Positions 24,143 through 37,530 of a DNA stretch of 64,000 bases are shown one piece after another. The DNA is from Camelus dromedarius (taxonomy: Eukaryota), in contig NC_087437.1 of assembly GCF_036321535.1 (NCBI RefSeq), positions 25,174,001 through 25,238,000 on the forward strand. Direction: 5' to 3'. The notes under the pieces are model-generated. The model was not told where the DNA came from, made no database searches, and was given only the letters and a program-made list of their open reading frames with translations. Made by a program: the position numbers and the translations under genes. The stretch's first letter is position 1, and each line of letters starts with the position of its first letter.

Positions 24143-24801
24143 CAATAAGTCATTTGAGACATATAAGGAACAAATCGGTTTTTACACTCATGTGAGTTTT
24201 CAGACTTTATTCTCCCCAGGTACATAAACAGAACAACATGCCCTGCGCCCTCCCCCCCCCCGCCCCCGCCTCTGTCTTTCAAAGACACTGGATTTACAAG
24301 TTGGATGTTTCTGACAGTTGAAATGAGATGCACCAAGGCTAGAGCTCCTGCATTTTTATCTCACTGATACCATTTGGCAAACTCATTTGGAACTCTATTT
24401 TTCTTTATTTTTGTAACTCATTAGAGGCAACAGAGGATGGGTATAAACTAGAGACTGAATAATCCAAATTCTCTTTGCCTAATTTAGAATTTGTGGAAAT
24501 CCAGTGGGAGAGAAAAACTAGGTCTGTGGTTTCTCTTTTTTCCTCTCAGTAGAAAGGAAAAAATAAGGCAAGGACGACTAGGTTAACTGAGCAAATGAAC
24601 AGCCCAAGCCACACTGAACAGAAATGCTTATCTGGCTACTTAAGAGAACACACTGAATGCAGATACTTGGGGAGCGTCTCTCCAAGGGCAAGTGGCTGGT
24701 TAAACTTTAAGGAGAACCTTGGGTTGTTGCGGCAATAGTCTGCTTTTCCAATTGCAAATAATTTTCACCTGCTCATTAAAGCAAGGCTTCTATGCAACTC
24801 C

Positions 24802-24946
24802 TGATTCAATTCAGTTCAATAAAATTAAGTATTTATTGAGTGTCTGTGTTGTGCCAGACTGGAACACTGTGTTCCGTGCTTAGTTCAATTACCTATGTGT
24901 CCCAGACAAAAATAAAACTCTTTCTTCCAAAGATCCTGCAATTCAG
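24802..24946 (-). mobile_element. L2 LINE 3' end
   Basis: 'aagtatttattgagtgtctgtgttgtgccaga'. Confidence 0.7.
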
Positions 24947-27900
24947 ATGTTCATACTCATCTTGACTGGATTTCACTCCAATGAACCTAAATTGATGTCA
25001 TTTTATTTTGGAGCTGTGAGGAAGTGAGGCTGAGGAATTTGTGCAACCCCATGACAGAAACCAACGGTTTGTGCAACCCCATGACAGAAGTTTCTTATGG
25101 GGAGAAGAGCGCCCCCTTCTTTGTTTGCTTTGGGGCCTCTGTGGAAGTCTTTGCTTGTTAGCACATTGCTTGATTTTACACAAAGACACACGACACCCCA
25201 GTGCAGCAGTAAACTAACCCAAAAATCAATAAAAAATGAAGTGTTAATATGGCATCAGGCCAAAATTCACTTATTTCATAATATATTAAATATTGAGCCT
25301 AGACTTACCAAAATCCCAGTGAAACCCTACCTATTAAAATAAGAGGATTTAACAGGTAGAGCTGTCAGAGAAACCTCAAGAAAAAGAACCATGAGTGTTT
25401 TTCAGTTGCATGTGTATTTCATTTATTTAAAAGAACACATTTTCGATAGGTCTTTGCTATGTGTCTTCACATCAGCTGGGTCTGTGAGATTAAAATAAAA
25501 ATAAACATAGCACTGGTTAACCATTTTCCAGGATAATAACGAGTATCTGGTAATTTCCTCTTTCAAAGCTCAGAATGCTGAAAGTCTGCACAAATAGAAT
25601 AACTTGGTAAAATCACTATTGTTGTCATGTCTCTTCTGAACCATTGGGTGTAATTGCTATGGAAATGTAAAAATGCCTCTTTTTTTTTATCCTCCTCTCA
25701 ACTAGCACATGATAACCCATTCAGTCTTTTGCACGTTTACTGCAAATGATGTCAGTCAAAGAATCCAATGAGACCCTCAGACACTACTGTATGAGACATT
25801 ATCTGTTACACTTCTGGACCAAAATAACAAATAATATGCCTGGAGGTGCTGCCGTTTGTGACTGCCAGTTTCCCTGCGTGGCATATGCCTAGAGAGTCTC
25901 AGATGAGAGGTGATTGCACAAAACTGTGATTGTGAGATGACTTAGCAGAACCCGTGATGATGTCCTAATGGCCTCCCACTGGGGGGAACAGGAGTAATTG
26001 TTTGTCAGGGGAGGGAACACATCTGTAAGAAGGCATCTTCTGCAAACCAAGCAGCCATGTGGAAAGGGAGAGTGAGAAACCTGGAGCGGCAGACGATGAC
26101 GGTGGAGGAAAGGCACAGGTTGAGCCGAACGGAACGACAGGGGTAGGGATGGAGCCAGGGAGGAGCTGGTGGAGTAAGATTGAGGGTGTGTGCTTTGGAA
26201 AACAATACAAACAATTATTTAAAAATGAAATGCCTGCCTGCTCAAGTTACCAGTTTCTTCTGGCCACCTTGAATCATAATGAAGATGAGAGACAGTGAAA
26301 TGCTAGGGAAGGAACGAGAGTACCAAACAGGGAGAAAGCGCACATAATTGTACATTCTCGAAGAGTGTTTTCGGAGCTTGGGCATTCTTTCAGCAGAAGT
26401 CCTTTCAGTATTACATTTTACATCCGATAGCTGCCTTTGTTCATTGCTTACCCTAGTGCTTGAAAACGAACCACTGTTTTTAAAACCATACCTTCAAAAT
26501 CAAGGCAAAGCTGTTGAATTTACATGCATTAGAAACATCAATGTCACATCATACAATTGAAGGATACTCATCGCCCTGTTTGTGGCAGCACCAAGCGGAC
26601 TCCATTTATTTGATCAGAAATAAGCAAGGGCAAGTAAGCTAATTAATGCTGCAAAATGCTAATTCCCTCCACCTTTTATCCTGGGTTTAAATTATGATTT
26701 TATCTAATTTCTGAGGAACTGAAATGCTCATGCCAGTGGAGTCTGTCATTATTAAAATATAAATCAATGCATAAAAGCATCCTGGCCTATGGGAAAGACT
26801 GTAAAAAAATTTAATGCCCCCCACAGACAGCTGTGCTCCTGACCCAGCAGTTTTTTGCTTGTTTGTTTGCTTTCCTGACAGGCTACCAGATTGCATCTAT
26901 TTTAGTACTTCTAGCACATCTGAAGATGCCTCCAACAACACAGATTTTAAAATATGAAATTTTATCACAAAGCTGCTGTCATTAAATTTTAGGCAAATAA
27001 ACTTTCCCTCCCCACCTCTCCTCTCAAGGCTACACAATCAGCTGTTAAATATCAGATTGAACACAACTGGGTGTGGTTTTCAGTTTCAAGGTTTGGAAGA
27101 GTGTTAAAGAATCTTTATATCAACATGAGGCCCATGAAACTTGGGAGGTGCTATGTATGTGAGCATCTGTGTGCAAAATCACCTCTTGTTTCCGTGACTT
27201 GGTGTTACTTGGAAGGCTTAAAACCATCAACAGCCATTTCAGATCAGAGGTATCAATGATTATCATTGGTGTGCCGGTGAATTCCACGAGGGAGGGAAAA
27301 TGGAGGAAGGTGAAGTGAAGAAGGAAGCAGACCCATGCTTGTGTCATTTAAGAACGTGTACGGAGACTTCTGGGTGACCAGTGAGGGTTTTCCCAGGACA
27401 TGGGGCTTTCTGTACTGCATTGGGAAATTTCCAGCCAAGCTGGGGCCAGCTGGTCACCCTGGGAATCATAATCCACATATGAGACTATTTAATATAGAAT
27501 CATTAAAATGCAAGGTGGGCTTTCATTGCCTTATAATTTCTCACACTGTGGACTCTCTGGTTTCCACAGTTTGCCTTTAACTAAAATTTCTTGTTCCTTG
27601 GTTGATATCTGCTCTCATGCCCATATAGTTCTTCACTGATTTTTTTATTTCTGTCTACTGATTCCATTAGACCTAATTCAATACCCACATCCCAAGTTTC
27701 AAAATAACATCTGATTTTTTTCTATGTTAAAACCTCCAGAAAGAATAATTATGTTGTAATCTTGGACGGCCGTGTTGTTTTAAATGCAGTTGCAGTCTGG
27801 ACATCCAAGGGCAAGAGAGATAAGCCCTTGCCATGGTGGTTCATTACAAACAGCTATCACCTCCAAAAACAGACACCTCCATGCTCGTGGGTGGTGTAAG

Positions 27901-28540
27901 CATCATATGACTGATCACTAGATTATATTCACTTTATTAGGAATAAAAATCTCAATTAAGACAGATCATAATATATGTCTGAATTTTTTACGTCAACAAC
28001 AGCAATACTCTCTTGTTTCCATCACCATTTATCAACTTTTTTTTTATGATGATATATTGTAAAATTGAAAGGTTCTGCAAAAGCGAGATCTACCAAAGTG
28101 TGATTCTACAAAAGCGAGATTCTGCAAGTGTGATCTGAGTCTACTCACGAGGTTTTTCTAACGTTCCTGTTAAATCGTGGCGTTACTTCTGTTTGGTTCA
28201 TTTTGAGACAAGTATTTTGACTGAATAACTGACATGTTCGATCACTACAGATGGCTAGGCTGAAGCCCAGGTCAGCCTCTGAACCTGAGGGGTGAGCCTG
28301 CCCCATTGACAGGCACGTCCACATGGCCTCAGCGAGTGTCAGATGGCTTCAGCATACACACTGGAGATATCAGTGGAAGCGAGGACTCATGTATGGACTG
28401 GGAGACTCCAAGAGAATAGAAATGACCACCTAAAATTCATTCTTGGTAGAAGCACTTTTACATACATACTTAAAAAAAATAGCTTTGAACACACTTTGAA
28501 ACATCATAAATAGGAAAGCATATAACCCCCTTTTTCACAG

Positions 28541-28587
28541 GTTCAAAGCATTCCACTGGTCCTGGAACCAGCAACAGATGCTTCCTG
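28541..28587 (+). other. Candidate 47-nt internal exon (unknown transcript)
   Basis: Acceptor 'tataaccccctttttcacag|g' and donor 'ctg|gtaagc'. Confidence 0.3.
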
Positions 28588-29871
28588 GTAAGCCATGTAC
28601 TCACCTCTCCTTTTGGCTACTCTTAACCTAGATCAGGATCTTATTTTGATACTCTCCTAGTAGCATGGATGGATCACTAGTGACAGATCTGCTGGCTCCA
28701 GCTCATGTTAGCTGAGGACTTTGTTGCCAGACTGGTCACACTAAAATGTTTCCACAGTGTCTCTTCAGTGACTCTCCACTCCAAGTGGAATGGAGTCCAG
28801 ACTCCGCGAGTTTGTGGTGAGGCCGATCCCAAATGTCTTTCCTTATTTTGTCCTTTAAGTTAACTTCCTTCATTGTGAAAGCATATGACTACATCACAGA
28901 AATTCTGGAAAATAAACTTTTCTCTGATGAAGTCTCATAGGATTAATAGCTCACTTCTCTGAACTGCATGTGAATGGCCCTAAACTGACATTTCAGTGTT
29001 CCAGATGTATGCGCTTTCGTCTTTTTGCTTATTTTCAGTCACTATAGACAAACAGTACATAGCAAATGCTCAAGGTCAAATTCTCCTATCTTTATCTCTG
29101 CTGCCCCTGGAATTCTTTTGCAGTGTACTTGTAGTTAGTAGATGTCAATTGTTTCAAATTTTTATTTTTAGCAAGTTTGTCATGGGAATACAAATTCTGA
29201 ACCTCTCAGGTCATCTGCAAGCATGCAAATAGGTACAGGCTCTCCGGAAAAAGCAACCACCTCCCTCCTACCTTGAGAAGTTTACCTATTCTTAGAACCC
29301 AGGACCTGAGATACCTGAGGAAGCCAAGAACTTTGAATAATTGTGAGAATTTCAATATTTTGAAGATTGATTTACATATATCTTTAGTTTATGTGCTGTA
29401 ATATAGTTAGAAATAGGAGATAATTTATAGCTTGTAGCCATAGGAAAATAGTTGAAAAGTAACATTTTTATCCTAACCATTAACTTCATCCATAGGAGGA
29501 AAATAAGGTACAAATGAATGACTTGAAATGAAATGTAAATAAAGGCCTTATACACTACTCTAAAAAAATACACACATTCTGTTTAATTTTATTACCTAAT
29601 TTGTTCCCCCCCAAAACTGAATGAGCAGAACAAGGATTGGTAGCCCCATCAAAATGAGGAAAACCAGCTTAGGAGGCAGTCCTCACTTGCCAGTGATCAC
29701 AAAGTTTATAAACAGTAGAAGCAGGGGAATAAAACCAAGTGTACATTAATGAATAAGTGTATTAAATGAGTCATTTTTCATCTTACGGAGTGTCACATGC
29801 AGGGAAGGGTCTGAAGAGAGTGACTCAGCTGATGCAGCGTGTGCTTTCCAGCCCTGCCTCAGTCAAGCCAA

Positions 29872-30065
29872 CCGGCATTTATTGCCTGCCTACCACGTAC
29901 CAGGCACTGTGGCTGCCTCGGGGGAACTTGATCAGTGGACACAGCACAGTCCCTGCCTTCAAGTTGCCTACAGTCTGGGGAAAAAGATTAGGGGCCAGTA
30001 CAGTGGAATGTAATCACTGTTCTAAAGTGGCAACACAGACCTACAGGGCCGCCTGGCCCAGTCTT
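29872..30065 (-). mobile_element. L2 LINE 3' end
   Basis: 'gcatttattgcctgcctaccacgtaccaggcactgtg...acagtccctgccttcaag'. Confidence 0.85.
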
Positions 30066-31364
30066 AAGACATCAAGAAGCCTTTATTCTATTCAACACAT
30101 ACTTACTGAGCTTCTCCTTGGCACTTTTCTGGCAGAAGGTATACAATGATGATAAATGATAATAATTACTTGGTAACTCCCAGTGCTCACAAATAATGCA
30201 AATTCTGGAGTAGGTTTTTCATCTCTTGTGGCTGTTGGATGTGCGAAGATGTGTTTTATCCTATGTACCTCCTCTCCATGTCTACGTACATCCTCAGCTT
30301 ACAAAGTTGTAGATGTTCAGCGTCCCCCATCAGGCAACTCCTCTAGTCTCAATGTCAGCCTTCACTTGCAGAACCCGATACTTGGGATCACAATGAGAAA
30401 ATGAGAGGCAATCACAGCTCCAATACAGCCTCACCTCCACTCGTTTATTTCAGAAGCCACTTATTTAATATTCTCCACCAACAGTTTGCATGCATTGTAA
30501 GCTTCTAGCCGTTCACCGTGCTTTTGATCACTCTGTGGATCAATACCATGTTTTGGATGGCTAATCCAAAGTAGAAGCTTTCAAGCCCTGGATTTAAGAG
30601 GTTTAAAAGGCAGCAAAAAACAGAAGTACAGAGAGCCTGTCATTCAACTTCATAGGCAGCCCTGCAAATGGAACATAGGGCCTCTCTCTCTATGGGAGTC
30701 TGTGCTCCTGCATTTAGTCTGAGAGCCACATGGCCTGGCAGCCAGAAACCTCGCCCAGCACTTCTGGCAGTTGCCGAAGCATTTGCCGCACAGTTGCAGG
30801 ATCAAGTGTTTATTTACACTCGCAAAAGGAAACTGTGTCCTGCAGGCCAAGTATAGATACTGTCCACAGGCACCTGCGGTTCCTCAGGAAAGACCAGAAC
30901 TTACAGAAGCACCAGCGATGCTCTAATCTCAGTCCACCTGGCCAGATGCCCTGTCACATGGATATGCTTTCTTGCCAGGCTCTGCAACTCAGTTCCTATC
31001 ATTTGGGTGGGCTTGAGCCAGGAAGCAACCCTCGCCTCATGTAGTCATGGGAAACTCATGTCCTGATCTATCACCGTCGCCAAGATATCTCCATTCTGAG
31101 AACTGGCTCCACCCATCCCCTATTTTGGCTTCTTTGTAACTCCAGGTGAGGCATTCCACCAGTACCACTAAGGATAGCCCCGTGGAGTGACCCTTATGGC
31201 ATCTTTGCATGTGAGTATGTTACAGTCAAATTTCAATCTTAGAGAGATAAGTCAAGCATTACCATTTATTGATCATAGCTAACTAGAATGCCCAAAACCG
31301 CAAAGTAACTGCAGGTCAGAGACAGATTTTGCAGGTGGGTTCAACGTTTAATTAAAAGGGTTTG

Positions 31365-31817
31365 GCTACTGATACTCATAACAACTTGGTGAAGGATGTC
31401 ATTCTCAAAAGATTACATACTATATGATTTCATTTGTTAGAAGACGGAATGGGGGAAAGAGAGACTCTAAATTGATATAAGGAGAGAGTCTGGGAAATGA
31501 TAGAACTATGCTGTATCCAGACTATGGCAGCAGTTGTATGAACCTGCACACAGGATAAAATTTCATAGGACTACACACAAAACAACAACAGTAACAAACC
31601 AATGGGCATGTGAAAACTGATGCAGGCTGAGTAAGTTCTGTAGTTTAGTTAATAGTGTTGTAGTAATATCAGTTTTCCTTATTTTGATCATTCTAGTATT
31701 ATCTCAGATAATATCATTGATAAAAGCTAGAGAAGAGACACACAGAAATCCTCTGTACTATTTTTGCAACTTCTATGAAACCCTAAAAGTATTTCAAAAT
31801 AGCAAGCTTCTTAAAAA
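31365..31817 (+). mobile_element. Old L1M (L1MC/MD-like) 3' end
   Basis: 'tctcaaaagattacatactatatgatttcattt' ... 'ctctgtactatttttgcaacttct...tatttcaaaata'. Confidence 0.85.
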
Positions 31818-32029
31818 GTAGGAAATAGTAAGTACATTAGTAGGAGTCTCATCTTCAGTGATTAGATAGTTGTGGTTTTATTTTTTAAATAAAGATATGA
31901 TCGACACATCTTGATAAAAAGAAGAGACTGCCGAGGACATAGTTGAGCTGTGTAATTGCAACGAGTTGTCTTTTGTCTTTGCCGAGCCTTTACTACTATA
32001 ACTTAGAGTACTATTTGCAATAATCATTT

Positions 32030-32925
32030 CTGCCTGCCTAGCTGAATTCCTATGCCTGCATGTCAGACTTTCTACTAGACCCCCACCCCGTCAAGTCAAC
32101 CAGGTGAAAACGTCACCAATCACTATCCTCTCCACGCCCTCTCCTGCCCCCGGTTCCCACCCCAACACGTGCATTCTTCTACTGCTTTTTCCTCCCTCAG
32201 TTGATAGAGACATAAGACAGAATCTTGTGAGTCAACCATAACAAATATTTAAGTCCCAACAACTAGTTTAAACCAAGTCCCTCTGATTATATCTCTTAGA
32301 TATTTACTGAATTCTCCTTTTTCATCCCTCTTGCTGTTGCCAAGGCATTTGCTCAACTGTCCTCTTTTAATAGACCGTGACTAGGATACTTAATTCCAAT
32401 CACATAGCAGTCAAGTGTATCAGGGCGATCTTAGAACATGCAGATCCGATTCCCTAGTAACTAAAGTTTAGCCAGCCTTGTATGTAAGATAGACCCTCAA
32501 AAAGCTGTCGCTTACCTACCTTTGTAGCCTAATGGTTCATCACTTCCCTTTTGAAATGCACGCTTCAGAAACACTCAGCTACCTACAGTACCCTACAGGA
32601 GACATGTAGTTCCCTCGCACAAACTGTTTCCTCTGCCCCAAGTTCTCTTTCATCCTCTTGTTCCTACAGAACCCCTATTCATTTCCCAAACCCTGGCAGA
32701 GTCACAGCTTTTGCTAGAATCCCACCATAAAAGTTAAATACCCCTTCATGACCTTGTATATATTTCTGTTACTAAAAATATGTGTTTTATATACCTATCT
32801 ATCTCTTCTCTTTATGAACTCTGACTCTAACCATGACTTACTCGACTTTGTATTCCCAGTGCCTAGCATAGAATATAGTAGTTCTCAGTAAATGGACTGT
32901 TACATAAATAAATGAATGATGAGTA
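32030..32925 (+). mobile_element. L2 LINE, about 900 bp including 3' end
   Basis: Ends 'ctttgtattcccagtgcctagcatag...tagtagttctcagtaaat...aaatgaatga'. Confidence 0.8.
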
Positions 32926-35303
32926 ATTCAATCAATGTTTACGTGTCTCTTTAAAGCTATGTATTTAACAAGGATATAAATGAAAGCTGTATAATAAAGT
33001 GTTTAATATCCAATGAACTCCATTCTAAAGGACTTGTTTATCTACTGCTTTTATCACTAAACACATAAATAACAAGATAAGCCAGATTACTTTATAGTTG
33101 TTAAACTCGAGCTGTTAAACCCTCCAGTTCTTCTCTAGGCAAAAGAAATATTTTCAGTGTTTTATGTAGTGGAAGGACCTTCACCCAGAAAAGAACATTA
33201 GTTACCCAATTTGGATGTTCATTGGGTTGAGTCTGTTTTGAAGTCACATTTTGCCTTCAATCCATCCCCGTTGCCAGGAAATGAAACATGATGTGCTGAT
33301 AATGAATCAATAATATGTTGATACTGTGCACAGGGATTAATCAAGAGCCCTCATTCTCTTTCAGGACAATTTCAAGCTGCCAGTAATCAGCAGAGGCAGG
33401 CGAGCTGGAGAGCAAGCTAAGTACACACTTGACGGGACAATCAAGCCTTACAGAGCCACCACCACAGTGAAATTCAGAGAGGGCCTTCCAGGCCCCGAGG
33501 CTAGAAATGCACACAACCTCAGGTTAAATACCAACCCCCGCATTCGCTCTTTGGGTCAACTAGTACGCTTTTACACCACTTCCCCTGGAGTTGCTTCTAT
33601 TGTAATGGAGACACTAACTTACCTTTCCTTTGTACTTGAGAGGAATATCTAATTAAGATAAAGATTTTCCCCTCTGTTTGGATATAAATGCTTAATTCTT
33701 ATAGCTGACCATTTTTATCACTTCTTGCCTCCTCATTATATAGAGAGTAAATATCAATTTCTGAGAGTAAAGTAAACCATTACAGCTCTGATTAAAGTGA
33801 CCCTAACAATCCGGTGTTGATTGTCTCCTTCAGGGAGAATTCACTGATAAATAATAAAATGAGGACACAAAAGATGCTGTTTTAGCTGCTCTTCTGGAAA
33901 ACAGTACTCAGAAGTGAGGCAATACAAAAACTGATGAAAAAGTTTGTTCCTGTTTTTATTTTCCCACTTCAAATTATATGAAGAGAAAACATTCATTCTA
34001 TTACAACTCTCTAATTTTACACATGAAGAAATGTAAAACCAGACAAGTTAAAGGGATGGTCCTGAAACCAACCAGAATCCTGCACACCCCCCACCACCCC
34101 CAAGTTCAAAGGCCCCTCCATGTCCCCTGCCCCCCTCCACCTGGAGTCACAAACGAGCAGACTCAAGCGGTCTGTGACTAGGACAATAGAGCCACAGAAT
34201 CTTTCCTGTCTGAAGCACGTTCCTGAGTCGTTTTACAGATGCCGTACCTGCCGCCAGAGGGAAAAGGCTAACTGCACGGTGACCAGACTGCAGCCAGGAC
34301 TCAGGCTGCTCTGTCCGTCTTGAGCGGAACGGAGCATATGGCTAGCACAATTCCAAGAACTGGCCTTGAGAGAATGGGATTAACATTACTGCGCACAATA
34401 ACCTACAACTTTGTGGGCATCACAAACAGTGGCAATGCAAAGTCATTCAGTCATCCTCTGCTTTATTTGCAAGTTTTGGATAATTTTTCTTAATGAAAGA
34501 TATTAACACTTTATGGAACATGAGGTTGAGATGGGTGAGGTTAGTAGTAAGCTCATGCCAAGGCCCCAGTTTGCTGATTTGTTAGGATCAAAATGAAGGC
34601 AAAACCCTACAGAAACCTATCACAGTAAATCTCCATTGATATTTTATTAAAAATGAAGAAAAGTCTTTCTCTGGCTTAGGGTTCCTCATGCTGCTCTACC
34701 CTATCTACTCCAGGTCAAAATGGGCAATGCCCAGGAAGGTCACGAGAGTCTTCCTTTTCTACCTAACTTTAATCACTTTCTTTTAGATATACTCCCGTGG
34801 ATAACTAAGTTCTCAAAGCACAGAGCTTTTCTTCCATCCAGGCTGGCTCTGCAGCTCTTCTCACACATGCCCAACTTAATTTTTTTAAAAATTGATTTCA
34901 CAAGACACAGACTTTAAAACTACCACCTGCTTCTAAAAAGAGTTTTAAGGCTTTTTTTTTTTCTCATGGAGACTATTCTTAAAAGTTTCCAAATATTGTC
35001 CCTTCAAAATAGTTTTGAACACTTTTTAATGAAATAAGACATACTGGTTTATAAATCAGTATTTTCCCTCAAAAGCAAAGTAATAAAACTCAAGAAAATT
35101 TGAATTATCAAAGTTACAAGGGTGAAAAAGTAAAATAGTCCATGGAAAACAAAAAGTGGTAGCTACAATAAATATCATATATCAAGAACAAACATTGGCC
35201 CATGACATACTGTAATAGCTTGTCTTTACATGGATTCTGCATCTTGTGGCTCCATAAAGTAACAAGCAGCAAACCCACACTCACATGGCTGAAAAGTGTG
35301 CAT

Positions 35304-35510
35304 CAGAGACTCGCAGACATAGAGGACAGGCCACTGGTTACCAGGGGGTAGGTGGGGAGGGCAACATGGGGGTGGGGAGTGGGAGGTCAAGCTACTGGGT
35401 GTGAAATAGGCTCACAGATGTATTGTACAACATAGGGCATATAGCCAATATTTTGTAATAATTGTAAATAGAAAATAACCTTTAAAATTATAAAAATTAA
35501 AAAAAAATTT
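35304..35510 (+). mobile_element. Short 5'-truncated L1 3' UTR
   Basis: 'cagactcgcagacatagag'-type start, G-rich tract, 'gatgtattgtacaacatagggcatatagccaatattttgtaata', A-rich tail; TSD aagtgtgcat/aagtatacat. Confidence 0.85.
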
Positions 35511-36559
35511 AAGTATACATTAGGATGTGAACCTCTATGGATTACTTTTCTCTACACTAGGCTCCTCCCTAAGAAATGATATATTCTATGTTTTGTAGCT
35601 ATGAATTATACTGGCTCTAAAACAAAGCACAACCAATCAATTTATTAATATCTATCGATTCTCAAGTGTAACACCTTCTTTGCCTTGTTGATTCTGGAAA
35701 TGATTTCTTCATTAAAATTAAATGAGAATGGGATACATTTCATCACCATTAAATAAAAAACCTAGCTCAATCTTCTGTATCTTTTTGAATTTTTACAAAT
35801 ACTTGATTAAAAATGTGATCGTAACAAAAATAACAGACTTAAAATACTCTGCCTTGCAAAGAAAGAAGCTCTTTGTTTCTTCCAAAATTTTGATGTCAGA
35901 TCTAAAATGTTTTGTTTTCCTGCAAAAGCATGCTTTTTCTCTGTTTTCACCTGCTGTGAGAATTATTCCTACATTATAATTAGTTCAGATAAATGAATGG
36001 CAAGATTGCTCTTCAGATTTTACTTTTTAAAGCTCATTTACATGATGGTCTATGATGACATGGTTATTAACAGTTTGGGGGCAATTAATTAGGGTGGTTG
36101 GTAGAGTTGTTAGCACAGAATGCAACTAAGAGGTTATTTTAGTAAATCCTTCTGCTCAGGAGACATGATAGTGGCCATTAATCCACACTAACTGAATGAA
36201 TAGTGCTGGGTCTCCTCTCAAAGCGCTTTATTTGGTAGGCACTATGTTATTTGGTGGTTTTTTTTTTTTCTAACTTCAAAGTGTGACATTTTGGTATCCA
36301 TCAAACCACTACCATATCCCTCTTCCCTTTCCTCCGCAAGCTGTGGACCTGGATATGCACAGCTGCCTTCTCTTCCTCAAGAAACCCTTTTCCATCTCAT
36401 TCCAGGCTGCGTCCTACAGAAGCACATCATAGTAAAATGTCCAGTGAGAGCTTACGAGAACGAAGACGTGCCTTCTGTGGCTTAGGATTTCTCCACTTCC
36501 TTCTACAATCTCCTCCCTTTTTCCAGATCTTCATCTAGGACTTCCCAATATCAGTTCCA

Positions 36560-36848
36560 GTTTCCTTCCTGGGCCCCAGCCCACAGCTGTTAGGCGGGAC
36601 CTGAAGCTAGTCATTCTGTACCGTATGTGAGCTGGAAATGACACACGGACTTTCTGGCTAAGCCCATAAAAAGCCTCTGCCCAGTTTTCTACCCTCTTTC
36701 CCCCTGCCACAGGAGTATGGTTGTCCCAAAGTGTTACCCAGACTCACAGAGACATACATTTTTGCCTTAGTGGAAAATAAATTTTGCTGTGTTAAGCCAC
36801 CAAGATTATTTAACACTGGAACACAATGTAGCTTATCCCACTAATGCA
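36560..36848 (+). mobile_element. Old MLT1 (I/J-like) MaLR LTR fragment
   Basis: 'aaataaattttgctgtgttaagccac...tagcttatcccactaatgca'. Confidence 0.7.
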
Positions 36849-36936
36849 CCTTGGGAAGACCTTGAAGTAAGGAGCTCAGAGAGTGGCAGCCACTAGGGGG
36901 ATTTATCCAGGAGCCCCTTATCCATTTATATATAGA

Positions 36937-37530
36937 TTTTTAAACTCATATTTTATTGAAGTGTAGTTGATTTCCAATGTTAGTTTCAGGTGTACAGCCA
37001 AGCAATTCAGTTATACATATATATGCATATATTTTCAATTTCTTTTCCAGTATGGCTCATTACAAGAAATTGAATATAGTTCCCTGTACTATACAGTAGG
37101 TCCTTGTTGTTTATCTATTTTATACATAGCAATGTGTATCTGTTAATCCCAAACTCCTAATCTATCCCTCCCTACTCCCTTCCCCCCCTGGTAACCACAG
37201 TTTGTTTTCTATGGCCGTGAGTCAATTTCTGGTTTGTAAATAAAATTTATATCTTTTTTTTTTAAGTGACATATAAGCAACATCATATGATATTTGTCCT
37301 TCTCTGTCTGACTGACTTTATTTAATACAATAATCTCTAGGCCCATCCATGTTGCTGCAAATGGCATTATTTCATTGTTTTTTATGGCTGAGTAATATTC
37401 CATTGTGTTATCTATACATATATATGCCATATCTTCTTTATCCAGTCATGTTGATGGGCATTTAGGTTGTTTCCACGTCTTGGCTATTGTAAGTAGTGCT
37501 GCTGTGAACATTGGGGTGCATGTTTTATTT
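36937..37530 (-). mobile_element. 5'-truncated L1 with ORF2 C-terminal remnant
   Basis: Translations TCTPMFTAALLTIAKTWKQPKCPS and YTMEYYSAIK-like 'TMEYYSAIKNNEIMPFAATWM' are the L1 ORF2 end; the two lie in separate ORFs broken by a stop. Confidence 0.95.

Noticed and set aside
25038..25089. CRISPR-like repeat-spacer
   Set aside because: Only two copies with an 8-bp spacer, in mammalian DNA with no cas genes
35344..35386. G-quadruplex-forming tract
   Set aside because: An ordinary feature of L1 3' UTRs; the C-tract at 24241-24270 is simple low-complexity sequence
36888..36903. CTCF-like CCACTAGGGGG
   Set aside because: Lacks the key C after the G-run (GGGGGAT); the sites at about 25109 and 38350 also miss core positions
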